Of a stretch of DNA of 64,000 nt, positions 50,170 through 60,174 are shown in pieces. Within the stretch, counting starts at the first letter, position 1. Each line of letters opens with the position of its first letter. The notes below the pieces were generated by a model that worked only from the letters and a program-made list of their open reading frames with translations, was not told the DNA's origin and did not search any database. The translations under genes and the position numbers were made by a program. This DNA comes from Bdellovibrionales bacterium (GTDB lineage: Bacteria; Bdellovibrionota; Bdellovibrionia; Bdellovibrionales; UBA1609), in NCBI GenBank assembly GCA_027317865.1, contig DAHVQG010000002.1, forward strand, positions 1 to 64,000, written 5' to 3'.

Positions 50170-50856
50170 TTACTCATCGTTGATGCTTTTATACTTGTTA
50201 TAGGTTGCAAGCGCATGGTGCGCTTTAATCGTCCAAATGTGCGCTTGCACGGCGTAGTCTTTGCGCTTTGCAATCCACTTCATTCTCGCCTTTTCGGCTT
50301 GTTGCTTTTTAGTCGAAAGCTTAGCTTCGAGATGCGACATTTGTTTCACCTGGTTTTTCCACTCTTTGGCTTCGTTCTGCGCCTCTACCAGCATTTTGTT
50401 GTAGGCTTTCAAATTAGCTTCGCGCTTTTGCTCATTGGCTTGCAACTTAGCCAAATATTTTTCTACAACGCTAATTTGCTTATTTTCATCGTTCATTTTG
50501 AACTGCTCTTTAGCCTCGAGGCGTTTAACGTCTTGCTCCATCAGCGTGAGTTCCTTTTCGTTTTTGTCGACGTTTCTCGTATTGAAGAAGAGCTGGCGCT
50601 TCATGTTACTTAATTCGCCGATCGCCTTGCCGGCTTGGGCGATATTTTTATTCACGATATCCAGATTGTCTTGGTACTGCTTACGGTTGAACTCGCTGTT
50701 TTGCGCGTTGGTTTTCAGTTGCGCAATCTCGGCCTTCGTGTCGGTTTTACCGAGCGCCCGCGAGCCGATAAAGGTCACGATTGCGACTCCACACATCGAA
50801 AGCGTCAGCTTTGCCGCAAAACCACCAATTTTTGTTGAATTTAATTTTGCACCCAT
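50170..50856 (-). CDS. Exported coiled-coil protein, last gene of Agl-Glt cluster 2
   Basis: SD AGGAG; signal peptide; K/Q/N-rich heptads; 12 nt after the gltC-like stop. Confidence 0.75.
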   Translation of the reverse strand: MGAKLNSTKIGGFAAKLTLSMCGVAIVTFIGSRALGKTDTKAEIAQLKTNAQNSEFNRKQYQDNLDIVNKNIAQAGKAIGELSNMKRQLFFNTRNVDKNEKELTLMEQDVKRLEAKEQFKMNDENKQISVVEKYLAKLQANEQKREANLKAYNKMLVEAQNEAKEWKNQVKQMSHLEAKLSTKKQQAEKARMKWIAKRKDYAVQAHIWTIKAHHALATYNKYKSINDE

Positions 50857-50868
50857 AAAAATCTCCTT

Positions 50869-53421
50869 TTATTCAGATTTCGAAGCCGCATTTGCCGCAC
50901 CCGCCAATGCCGGATTGCTACGCGCGTTTTTTGCACAAACATCGGGGAGCATTGAACGGTAGTAGCCGATTTCGTCCTTCCAGTATTCGCCTTCAAAATG
51001 CCATCTCAAAGTTTTGTCCGGTTTGATGCTGGCGGGAATTCGCTCAGCCCCCTGAACAGCACCACCGCTAACTTGATAACGAATGTTTTGACCGCTACCC
51101 GCGAAAATTTCGTAACGCAAAAATTCATTGCCCGAAAAAATTTGTGTGAGCTGATGATTAATACCTTGCAACTCCGCCGCCAAGTTACTGCCCGCATTGT
51201 ACACCAGATGCATTTTATGTCGTTGTATTTGCGCCAATGCCATGGACTGCATTTTGAGATAGCCGCGACGTGCCTGCTCGTAAAGCTGACCCTCGAATTC
51301 TTGCCGCTGCAAAAGGTGCTTTTCAATTTTCGACTCAGCCAACCATTCGTTAAGATATTTCATGTTTTGCGGAAAGCGCCGGACACTCGCAATTTCGCTT
51401 TTCAGTTTCAGTAAGCGCCCTTCAGTGCGATGAGTACGAAAGGTGAGCCCCGCCTGATCGCGAAGCAGTATTTTATAAACGTACGAATATTGATTCGCCT
51501 CATTTATGAGATTGTTGACGGCATTTTGATCGTTTAAAAAACCGCGGCGGCTAGCGATGTACCGGATCACTTGATACGGCAGACCGTCGACGTTATTTTC
51601 GCTCTTTCCGGTGCGCACGTATTTTTTTATGGTGTCGTAATACGCAAGCGGGTCTTTTCGATCAGCTAAGTAATTTTGAACGTCCGACTGCCATGTGCGA
51701 TACCGTTTTTCCATTAGCGAAAGCGCGTGGTACGCGTCACCATATTGACAGATATCAATATAGCCGATTGTTCGAACAACCCACGATTCAGGTTTATACA
51801 CCAATTTAAAAAACGGCGATTGCAGTGAATACATATTGCCAATCGCGCCGGAATTATCGCCAAGATCGAGTTGCGACCAACCTTGTTCGATGAGCGCCTC
51901 GATCCAGAGCGGGTTATTCTTCGGAACTTTCATGTACTCGTTTTCAGCTAACTGATACCGGCCTTGCATGAAATACATCCGGCCCAAATTCATCGCGATA
52001 AGGCCCTCAAGGTTATTGCTATGATATCCCGTGCGTCTCATCCACGTGCGCAAGCGGACCAAGACACTTTCCGCTTTTTTAACCCGCTTCGAAGCATAGA
52101 GACCGATCGCACGTAAGTATTGGGCGTCAGCATAGTACGGACTTTTTTGCGTCACCGCACTCGCAGTCTCTACCGCCTTTTCGAATTCTCCGTTTTCATC
52201 TTCATAACGGGCAAGCACAAAATCAACATTGTCTTTTGCCGACGGCGGGATAAGCGAAGGGTTTTTTAGATTTTGTAGTACTGGTCCAACGGAATCATCA
52301 AATTCGCGCGGTAAATGATTTGCTAAATCGGCAATTGCTGTTGGAGCGTATTCAGGATTTTCTGACCGAACAACATTTAGAAGACGCGACACTTCTTCTG
52401 TATAAAAGCCCATCTTATATGCGCAGATTCCAAGATCGTAATTGGCTTCTTCAGAAAATTCCGGCTTTGTCGCCAAATCGGTCAATAGCCCACTGACGAT
52501 GTGACACTTGTTGCCCTTTTGAAAATATATTGCCGCTGCAAGCATAGTGAGCTCATCGGGGGAAAAGGGTTTGACCGGCTTGAGCGCCGAGAGCGGTTTT
52601 GTTGGCAGCATTGCAAGACTAACGGCGTCGATACGCTTTTTTGTCACCATCTCACCTATTTTTAATCCGCCACGCATTGGTGATCTTGCGGCCGTCACAT
52701 TGGCCAGTTTTCGTTGGACAATTTTTCTTGTTGCCACCCAAGACGGCATCGGCGGTGATGGTAATTTCTTTATGATTTTCTTTCTACTTAAAGCAACAAC
52801 AAGATTTGTTGGCAAAAGTTCAGCGGCAGAAATGCTCTTTTCTCTGCCGATATCAAGCTTTGGAATGTTTTTTACTCGGATTACAATACGGCGGCGATTT
52901 TTCTGAACGACGTGTTGAAATGAAAAAACCGGAACGCCACTTTCGGTTTTCGGCAAAGCCGTTGTACCGGGCCTTGCCGGCGAAACGACTTGAATTGCGC
53001 TTTGTTTTGTTATTTTTTTTGTTTGCTTGATAATTTGCGAAAATTCCTTTTGTGCAGGCGTCAATTGCGGCGCCGCCTTTGCCTTCGATATCGACGCCGG
53101 CATTCTTGAGTTTGCCACCTTTGTTGCATAGGCGGTGCGAAACGTTTGCCATTTTCTTTGAAGTCTTGCTTCCCACTTATTTGCGGCTTGTTTTGCCTCA
53201 AGCTTCAAATTTTGCCACTTAGCCTTCCAGCCCGAAACAGCAACGGTCTGAACACGGGCTGGTGTTGGATTGTAAAAAGCCGATTCAATGGGCCGCCCGT
53301 TCGCAGATGAGCCGGCAAATAAGACGCCCGTCAAGGTACACGCAATACCTATGAGCGATAAAATTTTTATAGATTTATTTGCTCTCACAATACACTCCTC
53401 AAGCCAAGCGGCAACGGTCAA
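50869..53421 (-). CDS. gltC: GltC-like TPR protein with long basic N-terminal extension
   Basis: ALIEQGWSQL...AIGNMYSLQSPFF...PES; C-terminal WHFEGEYWKDEIGYY; start uncertain. Confidence 0.78.
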   Translation of the reverse strand: MTVAAWLEECIVRANKSIKILSLIGIACTLTGVLFAGSSANGRPIESAFYNPTPARVQTVAVSGWKAKWQNLKLEAKQAANKWEARLQRKWQTFRTAYATKVANSRMPASISKAKAAPQLTPAQKEFSQIIKQTKKITKQSAIQVVSPARPGTTALPKTESGVPVFSFQHVVQKNRRRIVIRVKNIPKLDIGREKSISAAELLPTNLVVALSRKKIIKKLPSPPMPSWVATRKIVQRKLANVTAARSPMRGGLKIGEMVTKKRIDAVSLAMLPTKPLSALKPVKPFSPDELTMLAAAIYFQKGNKCHIVSGLLTDLATKPEFSEEANYDLGICAYKMGFYTEEVSRLLNVVRSENPEYAPTAIADLANHLPREFDDSVGPVLQNLKNPSLIPPSAKDNVDFVLARYEDENGEFEKAVETASAVTQKSPYYADAQYLRAIGLYASKRVKKAESVLVRLRTWMRRTGYHSNNLEGLIAMNLGRMYFMQGRYQLAENEYMKVPKNNPLWIEALIEQGWSQLDLGDNSGAIGNMYSLQSPFFKLVYKPESWVVRTIGYIDICQYGDAYHALSLMEKRYRTWQSDVQNYLADRKDPLAYYDTIKKYVRTGKSENNVDGLPYQVIRYIASRRGFLNDQNAVNNLINEANQYSYVYKILLRDQAGLTFRTHRTEGRLLKLKSEIASVRRFPQNMKYLNEWLAESKIEKHLLQRQEFEGQLYEQARRGYLKMQSMALAQIQRHKMHLVYNAGSNLAAELQGINHQLTQIFSGNEFLRYEIFAGSGQNIRYQVSGGAVQGAERIPASIKPDKTLRWHFEGEYWKDEIGYYRSMLPDVCAKNARSNPALAGAANAASKSE

Positions 53422-53437
53422 GCCGTCTCAGGCTTCT

Positions 53438-54319
53438 TTAAAAGAAATACGTGACCCCCATCAGAAAGTTCGTGGTATTACCGGTGTTACTTCTTTCAAG
53501 AACTCCGGGCGGGTCGCTTGGATTCAAAACGTTACCATAAGAAACGATATCTTGTTGAAAGTAACGATTTTGCAAATCAGCCTGAATGGCAAAATGCTTT
53601 GAAAAATAAAAGTACTGAACGATATCGAATCCATAAGCAAAACTATTTTTGATTGGGCTTTTAACTGCTGCATCTTCAAGCTGTTTATAAGTCTCAATTC
53701 CAATGAAGGGCGTAAATTGCATATCTAAATAAATGATTTTCATCCCGAGAACGCTCATCTTTGCATAAAACGGTACCCAGTTGAAACCAACGCCGACAAA
53801 ATTCATATCCCGGTTAAAGTCAGGACGGATGTGATTGTATTGATTATAAAAATCAGTTGTTGTTTGACTGTCACGTAAATCAGCCTTGTCATCGAAAAGC
53901 TCTACGCCGTAGCGCTCACTGAAATAGTAATTCAATTTCATTTCATAGTTGTATCCGGTATTGTACGGATCGTTTATGATCGGGCCGACCAGCATCGAAA
54001 GAGCAAATTTTTTGGCTTTTGTGTATTTACGATTTTCAACAACGCTAAAATCGGTATCCTTTGCTGACCAATATTTCTTTTCAAGCGACCCCATGTTGAG
54101 TTGATCGCTTGATTGACTCGCGCTTGTCGGCTTGGCCTGTTTTTTGGCCGCGACCTTTTTTGCCGATTTGGCTTTAGCCGGGCTGTGATGCTGCTGATAT
54201 TCTGACGTTTGCGCCCATGCGAAACTTGACCCCAAAGATAGGCCCAATATTGCCGCTGCCGTGGCCACTAAGATGCACCCTAAGCTGTATACTGATTTTG
54301 TTTTCTCTGATGTTTTCAT
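53438..54319 (-). CDS. GltA/GltB-like outer-membrane beta-barrel protein
   Basis: VVENRKYTKAKKFAL, WVPFYAKMS, terminal GVTYFF. Confidence 0.82.
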   Translation of the reverse strand: MKTSEKTKSVYSLGCILVATAAAILGLSLGSSFAWAQTSEYQQHHSPAKAKSAKKVAAKKQAKPTSASQSSDQLNMGSLEKKYWSAKDTDFSVVENRKYTKAKKFALSMLVGPIINDPYNTGYNYEMKLNYYFSERYGVELFDDKADLRDSQTTTDFYNQYNHIRPDFNRDMNFVGVGFNWVPFYAKMSVLGMKIIYLDMQFTPFIGIETYKQLEDAAVKSPIKNSFAYGFDIVQYFYFSKHFAIQADLQNRYFQQDIVSYGNVLNPSDPPGVLERSNTGNTTNFLMGVTYFF

Positions 54320-54368
54320 ATTGCCCCTCCGCGCAACTGAGCCGTCGCTTTTCGAAGCTCTTCGCGCT

Positions 54369-55898
54369 TTAATTAATCGCCTTAAACATGAACGGATACG
54401 TTACAAACACTTTCGTTCCACCTTTCGGCCTCGGAAATTGCCAAGTCACAAGCCGTCGTAAAATGCACCCTTCAACCATTGCATTTTGCAATGTTGAAAT
54501 TCCTATGCGAGGATTAATAACCGAACCTGAGGCATCGATTACAAATTTCACCTGCATCTTGCCGTATAAGTTGGGATCAGCACTTAATTCTCGTTCGTAA
54601 CAATAGCGAATCTCACCCAAGTGACTATTAATCACGGCCGCGATCACGTCTTTGTCGAGACCGCCTTCGACTTTCGTTTCTTCAGTTAAAATTCCAACCG
54701 TACCGGAGCCGGCGCCACCAGAAGCAAGACCACCAAGACCGGCGATGCTGCGGCCACCGCCAAGCCCCGCCGTACCAACACCCTGAACGTTGAACGTTCC
54801 GCCGCTGCGGCCGACATTGGTATGAATACCTTGCAAACTCCCAATAGAGTCAAAAGTCGTAGATGCTGGGCCTGTATTCGCGTCGTCAGCAATTTTACCA
54901 AATCCGGCAATTTTTGGCCCGTTAATATCCGCACGCTTGGCGATTTTGCCAAGCAATGCACCGAGCGCCCCCGAATTTAAATTTTTAACAATTTTCAGTG
55001 CTGGAGCCATTCTATGAAACTGAACCGGTGCACGAACTGAATTTGCCGCTGGAGCTGGTGCGTGGCTGAGAAAAACTTTTCGCATCGCACTTGCCTGCTC
55101 GCGCACCTGCCGCATCAATTTCGCGTCAAAAACCATACGCGTATATTGATCATCCGGTTTGATTTCATGAAGCGCGTCGTTCGGCCGCTTCGGTACCGCG
55201 ATGATCAATCCAATCAACAATAAAATAAAAACAATTGCCGTTATAAACGGCACACGCGTATCAGAGCTCGTCAACAGGGTCTTCCAACCACCTTCGTGAA
55301 AATTCATCACGTTTGTTTTCACAAGCCGCTGGACAATACGATAGGGGCCAAAATTTTTTTCAACTACTCCGTTCCCGTCGGGAGCGGCCAATAATTCGGC
55401 TCGACCGCCAAATTCAAAGCGAAAGCTTTGCCGTGGCGAAAGCAGCTCCGTCCGCACAAGCTGTTCGCCTTTCATCACGATCACTTGGTGAAAAAGCTGA
55501 GTTTTGCTGAGGCTCTCGTTATGCGATTGCGCTCCGACAGACGAAGGGCTCGCTATTTCGCTTTCGACCTTTGAAAATACCGACTTTTCAATATGTCTCG
55601 GTATGAGCTTAAGAGTGTGACCGCCAATAATAATCGTGGTTGGTTCACGAACAGATTCAAAGACAAGCGGGTTTTTATCAAGCCATGTTCCACTAGAGCT
55701 GCCCGCGTCGCTGATGGTCCAAGAGTCACCTTGGCACTCAATGTACGCGTGAATGTCGCCGACATCATCTCCCATAAGCCGGACATCGGCTGTCCGCCCT
55801 CGGCCAAGAACCCGAGTACGACGGCTCGATCGAAAGCGATGGCGCCCGACAAACTTGCCTTTATAAATATGTTCTACTTCGAGATCAGTTCGCTTCAT
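54369..55898 (-). CDS. gltG: GltG-like FHA + TM + TonB-C (AgmX/PglI C-terminal) protein
   Basis: Degenerate FHA, TM, Gly-rich stalk, GGLDKDVI...IRYCYERE...FPRPKGG...VTYPFMF. Confidence 0.85.
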   Translation of the reverse strand: MKRTDLEVEHIYKGKFVGRHRFRSSRRTRVLGRGRTADVRLMGDDVGDIHAYIECQGDSWTISDAGSSSGTWLDKNPLVFESVREPTTIIIGGHTLKLIPRHIEKSVFSKVESEIASPSSVGAQSHNESLSKTQLFHQVIVMKGEQLVRTELLSPRQSFRFEFGGRAELLAAPDGNGVVEKNFGPYRIVQRLVKTNVMNFHEGGWKTLLTSSDTRVPFITAIVFILLLIGLIIAVPKRPNDALHEIKPDDQYTRMVFDAKLMRQVREQASAMRKVFLSHAPAPAANSVRAPVQFHRMAPALKIVKNLNSGALGALLGKIAKRADINGPKIAGFGKIADDANTGPASTTFDSIGSLQGIHTNVGRSGGTFNVQGVGTAGLGGGRSIAGLGGLASGGAGSGTVGILTEETKVEGGLDKDVIAAVINSHLGEIRYCYERELSADPNLYGKMQVKFVIDASGSVINPRIGISTLQNAMVEGCILRRLVTWQFPRPKGGTKVFVTYPFMFKAIN

Positions 55899-55912
55899 TC
55901 GTTTACCTCAAA

Positions 55913-56179
55913 TCACTTCAAATATCCGACTGAGTTCTTTATGGCGTGATCAAAGTTCAAATTCACGTGGTACAACGGCAAAAACTTAACTGCGCGCCTT
56001 TGATTTACATAGGCGCCGTCTGGTGATCGTGCGACACCGTTCACATCAGTAGCGTCAAAGTCGACGCTTTCGGTTCGTCGGTACACGGTACGGACCCGGA
56101 CTTTCGGTTTTGCATTGGCCGCGCTCGCGAAGACAGTCAGTACGCACGCAGCAGCGAATAAAATTAAATTTGTTTTCAT
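55913..56179 (-). CDS. gltF: GltF-like small periplasmic protein
   Basis: Signal peptide; VDFDATDVNGVARSPDG...FLPL....NF; same position as gltF in cluster 1. Confidence 0.7.
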   Translation of the reverse strand: MKTNLILFAAACVLTVFASAANAKPKVRVRTVYRRTESVDFDATDVNGVARSPDGAYVNQRRAVKFLPLYHVNLNFDHAIKNSVGYLK

Positions 56180-57099
56180 GTGGAGCCTCCCTGAGGAGTG
56201 TGGGGCGTTTTTGTTGCCGGCTCTGTTGCTTTTTTCAACTCACTGATTTTTCGGTCGAGGTTTACGTCAATTTGATTTGCCGGCACGCGACTATTTTCGA
56301 CTAGTTCTTGCACTCTTTCGTAAGCGTTTAAGGCTGCCTTTTCATTTTTCGAAGCTTCGTAGAGATGAGCCAAACGCAATTGATATTGCAAATTATCCGG
56401 GTTGATATTTACGGCGTGTTGATAAGCCTCGGTCGCATCTGCGGTCTCATGCTGCAAAACGTAGATTTCGCCTAGATTTGCCCACGCGGCACTGTTTCTT
56501 GGTTCATACGCAATCACGTCTTTAAGTTGAACAATAGCGTGGCTGTAATTTTGATCGCGCTCATTTAACTCAGCGAGATAAAGGTGCGCGTCAACAAGCT
56601 CCGGAGACTCTTGAGCCGCCGAGCGAAACGCTTGATTGGCTAATGCGAGATTGCCCATTGCAAGCAGCACTCGCCCGCGCTGGTAAGTAAGTAAACCCAC
56701 GTTGGGAGCCTTTTTTAGCGCAAGCTCAATCATCCACAACGACTGCGAATATTGTTTACGATCAAGTGCTGAAAGACTTAAATAAAAAGCTCCCCAAGGT
56801 TTATTCGAAAATCGGCGCGCAAGCACGTTGCCAATTTGTTGAAGGCGGGTAACGCGATGAAATTGCTCGCAAGCATTGGCCGCCCGAATGAGAGTAGCCA
56901 TTCTGTCGCTTTGCCATCCGAGCCGCGTTTCAGGACACTCTCTATATTTGAGCCCCGTTTCGTGTCTCAGTGAAATAAGCTTCAACGAATAATTTTTATC
57001 AACCAAATTGCCGTACTGGGAACTTGCGCATCCCGCTAGCATTGCGCCTAAAAGTGCAACCGCGAACATCCGGTGGGGTTTTGCATAAAGCGTTTTCAT
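56176..57099 (-). CDS. gltE: GltE-like TPR lipoprotein
   Basis: Lipobox LAGC; multiple TPRs; between the gltD- and gltF-like genes. Confidence 0.72.
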   Translation of the reverse strand: MKTLYAKPHRMFAVALLGAMLAGCASSQYGNLVDKNYSLKLISLRHETGLKYRECPETRLGWQSDRMATLIRAANACEQFHRVTRLQQIGNVLARRFSNKPWGAFYLSLSALDRKQYSQSLWMIELALKKAPNVGLLTYQRGRVLLAMGNLALANQAFRSAAQESPELVDAHLYLAELNERDQNYSHAIVQLKDVIAYEPRNSAAWANLGEIYVLQHETADATEAYQHAVNINPDNLQYQLRLAHLYEASKNEKAALNAYERVQELVENSRVPANQIDVNLDRKISELKKATEPATKTPHTPQGGST

Positions 57100-60000
57100 G
57101 TGCCCACCTTTTTTACAAGAAGCGGCAGCACCGCGACCGGCGAAGTAAACTGGAACTTATTACTGTTAGCCGGCACGGGCTGGTGCAGGTTATTCAATTC
57201 GCTCCGCAAACTTGCGATTAATTTGTCGCCCAAATTAAATTCTTTCGCCGCCTTGTATGCTTGCAACTTCGCATCGACCCCTTTTTCTTCCATCGGGATT
57301 GAAAGTTTCAACATTTGATCGCGAAAAACTGAAACCTCATTCGCTGGCAACCCCGACGGAACCGGCATATTATCCAAATCATTGCTGTAACTGAGATAGC
57401 AATCCCCGAGTTCGCTCATTGCTTCAACCGTAACTTTTGGGTCGCCAAAACGTTCAGCCGCTTGATAGGCAATTTGCGCTTTGCTTAGCTTTTCCGTTTT
57501 CAAAACTAGAACCATTTGAATGCGACTCAGGTGCGATTTAAGACTTTGCTGTTTGAATTCCTTCGCCAGAATGCGCGCTTGAATGAGCCGGGCGCGGGCG
57601 AGGGCCGACGCATCGGCTCCGTCCCTTTCTTCTGACATAACCTCTTCTGCTAAACGAAAGGCCTTTTTGTCATTACCAGAGCGGTAGGCTTTTTCGACAA
57701 AATGAACTTGCGCAAGGCTTGCTTCTGGTTGCACACCCAAACGGATTAAGTCGCGCAATACTTTCTCGTGATATCGCGGATTTTCATCGTTGCGGCTGAG
57801 CTGGATGAGTGCGTTGAGAGCCTCCACTGCCGTTTTTTGAACGGGAGACTTACGAAGTGAGTCGTAAATTTTCCGCGACTCTGCGACATTGCCGTCCAAC
57901 GAATCAAAATTTGCAGTCAATAACAACCATTTGTCTTTTAACTTTGGATCGGCACTGGCCAGTTTCATTGATACGCGGGCCGCGTCTTTAACCTGTGCCA
58001 TCGACTCGTACGACTGATCCGCTTTGATTAACGCGTCTAAACCTTCTTTGGTGTTGGGATATTTTTCAAAGTAGTGGACCGCCGCCGCGGCACCGGCTTC
58101 AACATCGCCGCGTTGGTAATTGAGTTGCATCGCATTCCACAGAGCCTTTTTTGCGAGCTTTGAGTTCGGGTTGAGTTTTGCAAACTGTTGGTACGCAAGA
58201 ACGGCATGTTGTAAATTGCCGTGTTTCACGTAGCCTTGAACAATTAAAAAATACGTTTGCTCGTAGATTTTATTAAGTTTTGCGTACCGAGCTTTGTCAT
58301 GGCACTCGTTACGCAATTTTAAAGCGTAAGCGCGCAGCGTCCGGTAATCCTTTTTGATATTGAGTATATCTAAATAAAGATCTTGTGCCTTTCGCCCTTT
58401 TTCAGCGCTTGCATATTTTTGCCCGATCGCTTTAAAAATTCGTTCGGCGTCGCTGTACTGATGTTTTTTATATGCAATAAACCCGACTTCAAATCGAACA
58501 TCCAAAACATATTTACCGTGCGGGTCTTTAGTTAAATAATCGTTTGCAAGCTTTTTGAATTGTGCTTCGTCCGCGTCACTCCAAATGTGTTTGACTGCTT
58601 TTTGCAATGCTGTGAGCGCAAAATACCTCGCCTCATGACCCATTTTTTTATCCGTCGTTTGCCGGCCGACGATGGCGTACTGTCGGCTCGATTGTCGAAA
58701 TTGATTGCGTTTATACAAGGTGCTTGCGTAAACAAAACGCGCGCGATTGGATTGCGGCGAGTTCGGAGTCGCCCTTAAATAGAGAGCAAATGCTTTTTCG
58801 GCGTCATCGGCAAATTTGGTCTCCTTGGGTTGACTGTTCCATTTTTTAAGCCACTTGTTGGCAAATCCGAGGGCCATCTTGTTAAAGGCGCGACGGCATA
58901 ATTGAGGCGATGTCAATCGTGCCTCAGGGGCGGCACTGCTACCCTTCGGCCCATTAAAATTTGAATCCACAAATTCTTGCGCAAGAAGATTTGTGGGATC
59001 CATAGCTGAACCCGGTTTTTGATTTTCTGCCCAGTCACTTTGCGGATCACAGGTTTTATCGAGCCGGCCCAACAGGTCGACAACCTTCGAGTAGTGATTT
59101 AAATTCTCAGACGCGTTCATCATGTAGACGTAGGCCAGCGGCACAACTTCTGAGTGTGGCCGCTCTTCGATAAAATCACTCAATAGTGTGATGACGGACT
59201 TGTCACGACCGTGGCGTTTGTAAAGCTCCGCCAGTCGCATGATTACGGGACCAACAGGCAAATCTCCGGCTTCGCGCGATAGGTAAGCATAGGCACCGCT
59301 AGGCGGGCGCGCTCCCTCATAAAACAAAGCTAAATCAAAAAGCGCTTCGCGCCGCAAATCAAGCCGTGCATCAATATGATGTTTTTCAACATAAACGCCG
59401 TATTTAATTACCGCTTCAAGTTCATGAATCGCGGACTTTGTATCGCGCAAGTTATAGTAGGCCCAAGCCGCTTTGTAGATACCATACGGGTATACCGTCG
59501 AATCAGGGAACTTTTTGATTGCCAAATAATGCTTAAGCGCGCCCGTAAAATCTTGCCGTTGAAAATCGATTTCACCTAAGGCAAGATGGGCATCCGGCAA
59601 CAGATCTGAATTTTGAAAATCGCTTACTAATTGCCTGTACAACCTCTCGGCTGTGCCATTGTCGCCGATTTGCTGGTAAGAAAATGCGTCGTTGAACATA
59701 ACAAGGTCGAGGCGGCCATAATTTGGAAATTTATGTATTATTAAATTATAAACGTGAATCGCTTGCTCAAGCCGCCGTTTGGAATTGGCCGTCTTCACAA
59801 TTTCCGGCACGAAACGAACAATATTTTTTGAATCGCGATGCATTTCAAAAAACTGGTCCGCCTTCGAGCGCCGCACATAGAGTTCAGCGAGGCGAAAATC
59901 AAGTTCCGGTTCAAGCGCCGTACCACGATACTTCGCAATCAATCTTTTGATTTGCTGGATGGCCCTTCGTTCGGAATACTTGATCAGTAATTCCGCCTTC

Positions 60001-60164
60001 AGGGAGCGAATTTGGTTGCTCTTGTACTGACCTGGTTTCATTTGCAACGAATTCAACGGATTTTCGGGGACCGACCCGGCTAAACACGGCGACGCCGCAA
60101 CAACGCCTGCCAGAAAGGCCACCGCAACAAAGCAAAGATAAGAAGTCCGCCGCAATTCGTTCAT
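57096..60164 (-). CDS. gltD: GltD/AgmU-like large TPR protein
   Basis: FRLAELY, YGIYKAAWAYYNL, C-terminal PVPSGL...PMEEKG. Confidence 0.8.
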   Translation of the reverse strand: MNELRRTSYLCFVAVAFLAGVVAASPCLAGSVPENPLNSLQMKPGQYKSNQIRSLKAELLIKYSERRAIQQIKRLIAKYRGTALEPELDFRLAELYVRRSKADQFFEMHRDSKNIVRFVPEIVKTANSKRRLEQAIHVYNLIIHKFPNYGRLDLVMFNDAFSYQQIGDNGTAERLYRQLVSDFQNSDLLPDAHLALGEIDFQRQDFTGALKHYLAIKKFPDSTVYPYGIYKAAWAYYNLRDTKSAIHELEAVIKYGVYVEKHHIDARLDLRREALFDLALFYEGARPPSGAYAYLSREAGDLPVGPVIMRLAELYKRHGRDKSVITLLSDFIEERPHSEVVPLAYVYMMNASENLNHYSKVVDLLGRLDKTCDPQSDWAENQKPGSAMDPTNLLAQEFVDSNFNGPKGSSAAPEARLTSPQLCRRAFNKMALGFANKWLKKWNSQPKETKFADDAEKAFALYLRATPNSPQSNRARFVYASTLYKRNQFRQSSRQYAIVGRQTTDKKMGHEARYFALTALQKAVKHIWSDADEAQFKKLANDYLTKDPHGKYVLDVRFEVGFIAYKKHQYSDAERIFKAIGQKYASAEKGRKAQDLYLDILNIKKDYRTLRAYALKLRNECHDKARYAKLNKIYEQTYFLIVQGYVKHGNLQHAVLAYQQFAKLNPNSKLAKKALWNAMQLNYQRGDVEAGAAAAVHYFEKYPNTKEGLDALIKADQSYESMAQVKDAARVSMKLASADPKLKDKWLLLTANFDSLDGNVAESRKIYDSLRKSPVQKTAVEALNALIQLSRNDENPRYHEKVLRDLIRLGVQPEASLAQVHFVEKAYRSGNDKKAFRLAEEVMSEERDGADASALARARLIQARILAKEFKQQSLKSHLSRIQMVLVLKTEKLSKAQIAYQAAERFGDPKVTVEAMSELGDCYLSYSNDLDNMPVPSGLPANEVSVFRDQMLKLSIPMEEKGVDAKLQAYKAAKEFNLGDKLIASLRSELNNLHQPVPANSNKFQFTSPVAVLPLLVKKVGT

Positions 60165-60174
60165 AAAATCAAAT

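Noticed and set aside
50215-50962. Hydrophobic plus-strand ORFs that look like membrane proteins
   Set aside because: Antisense shadows of the Lys/Gln-rich coiled-coil gene
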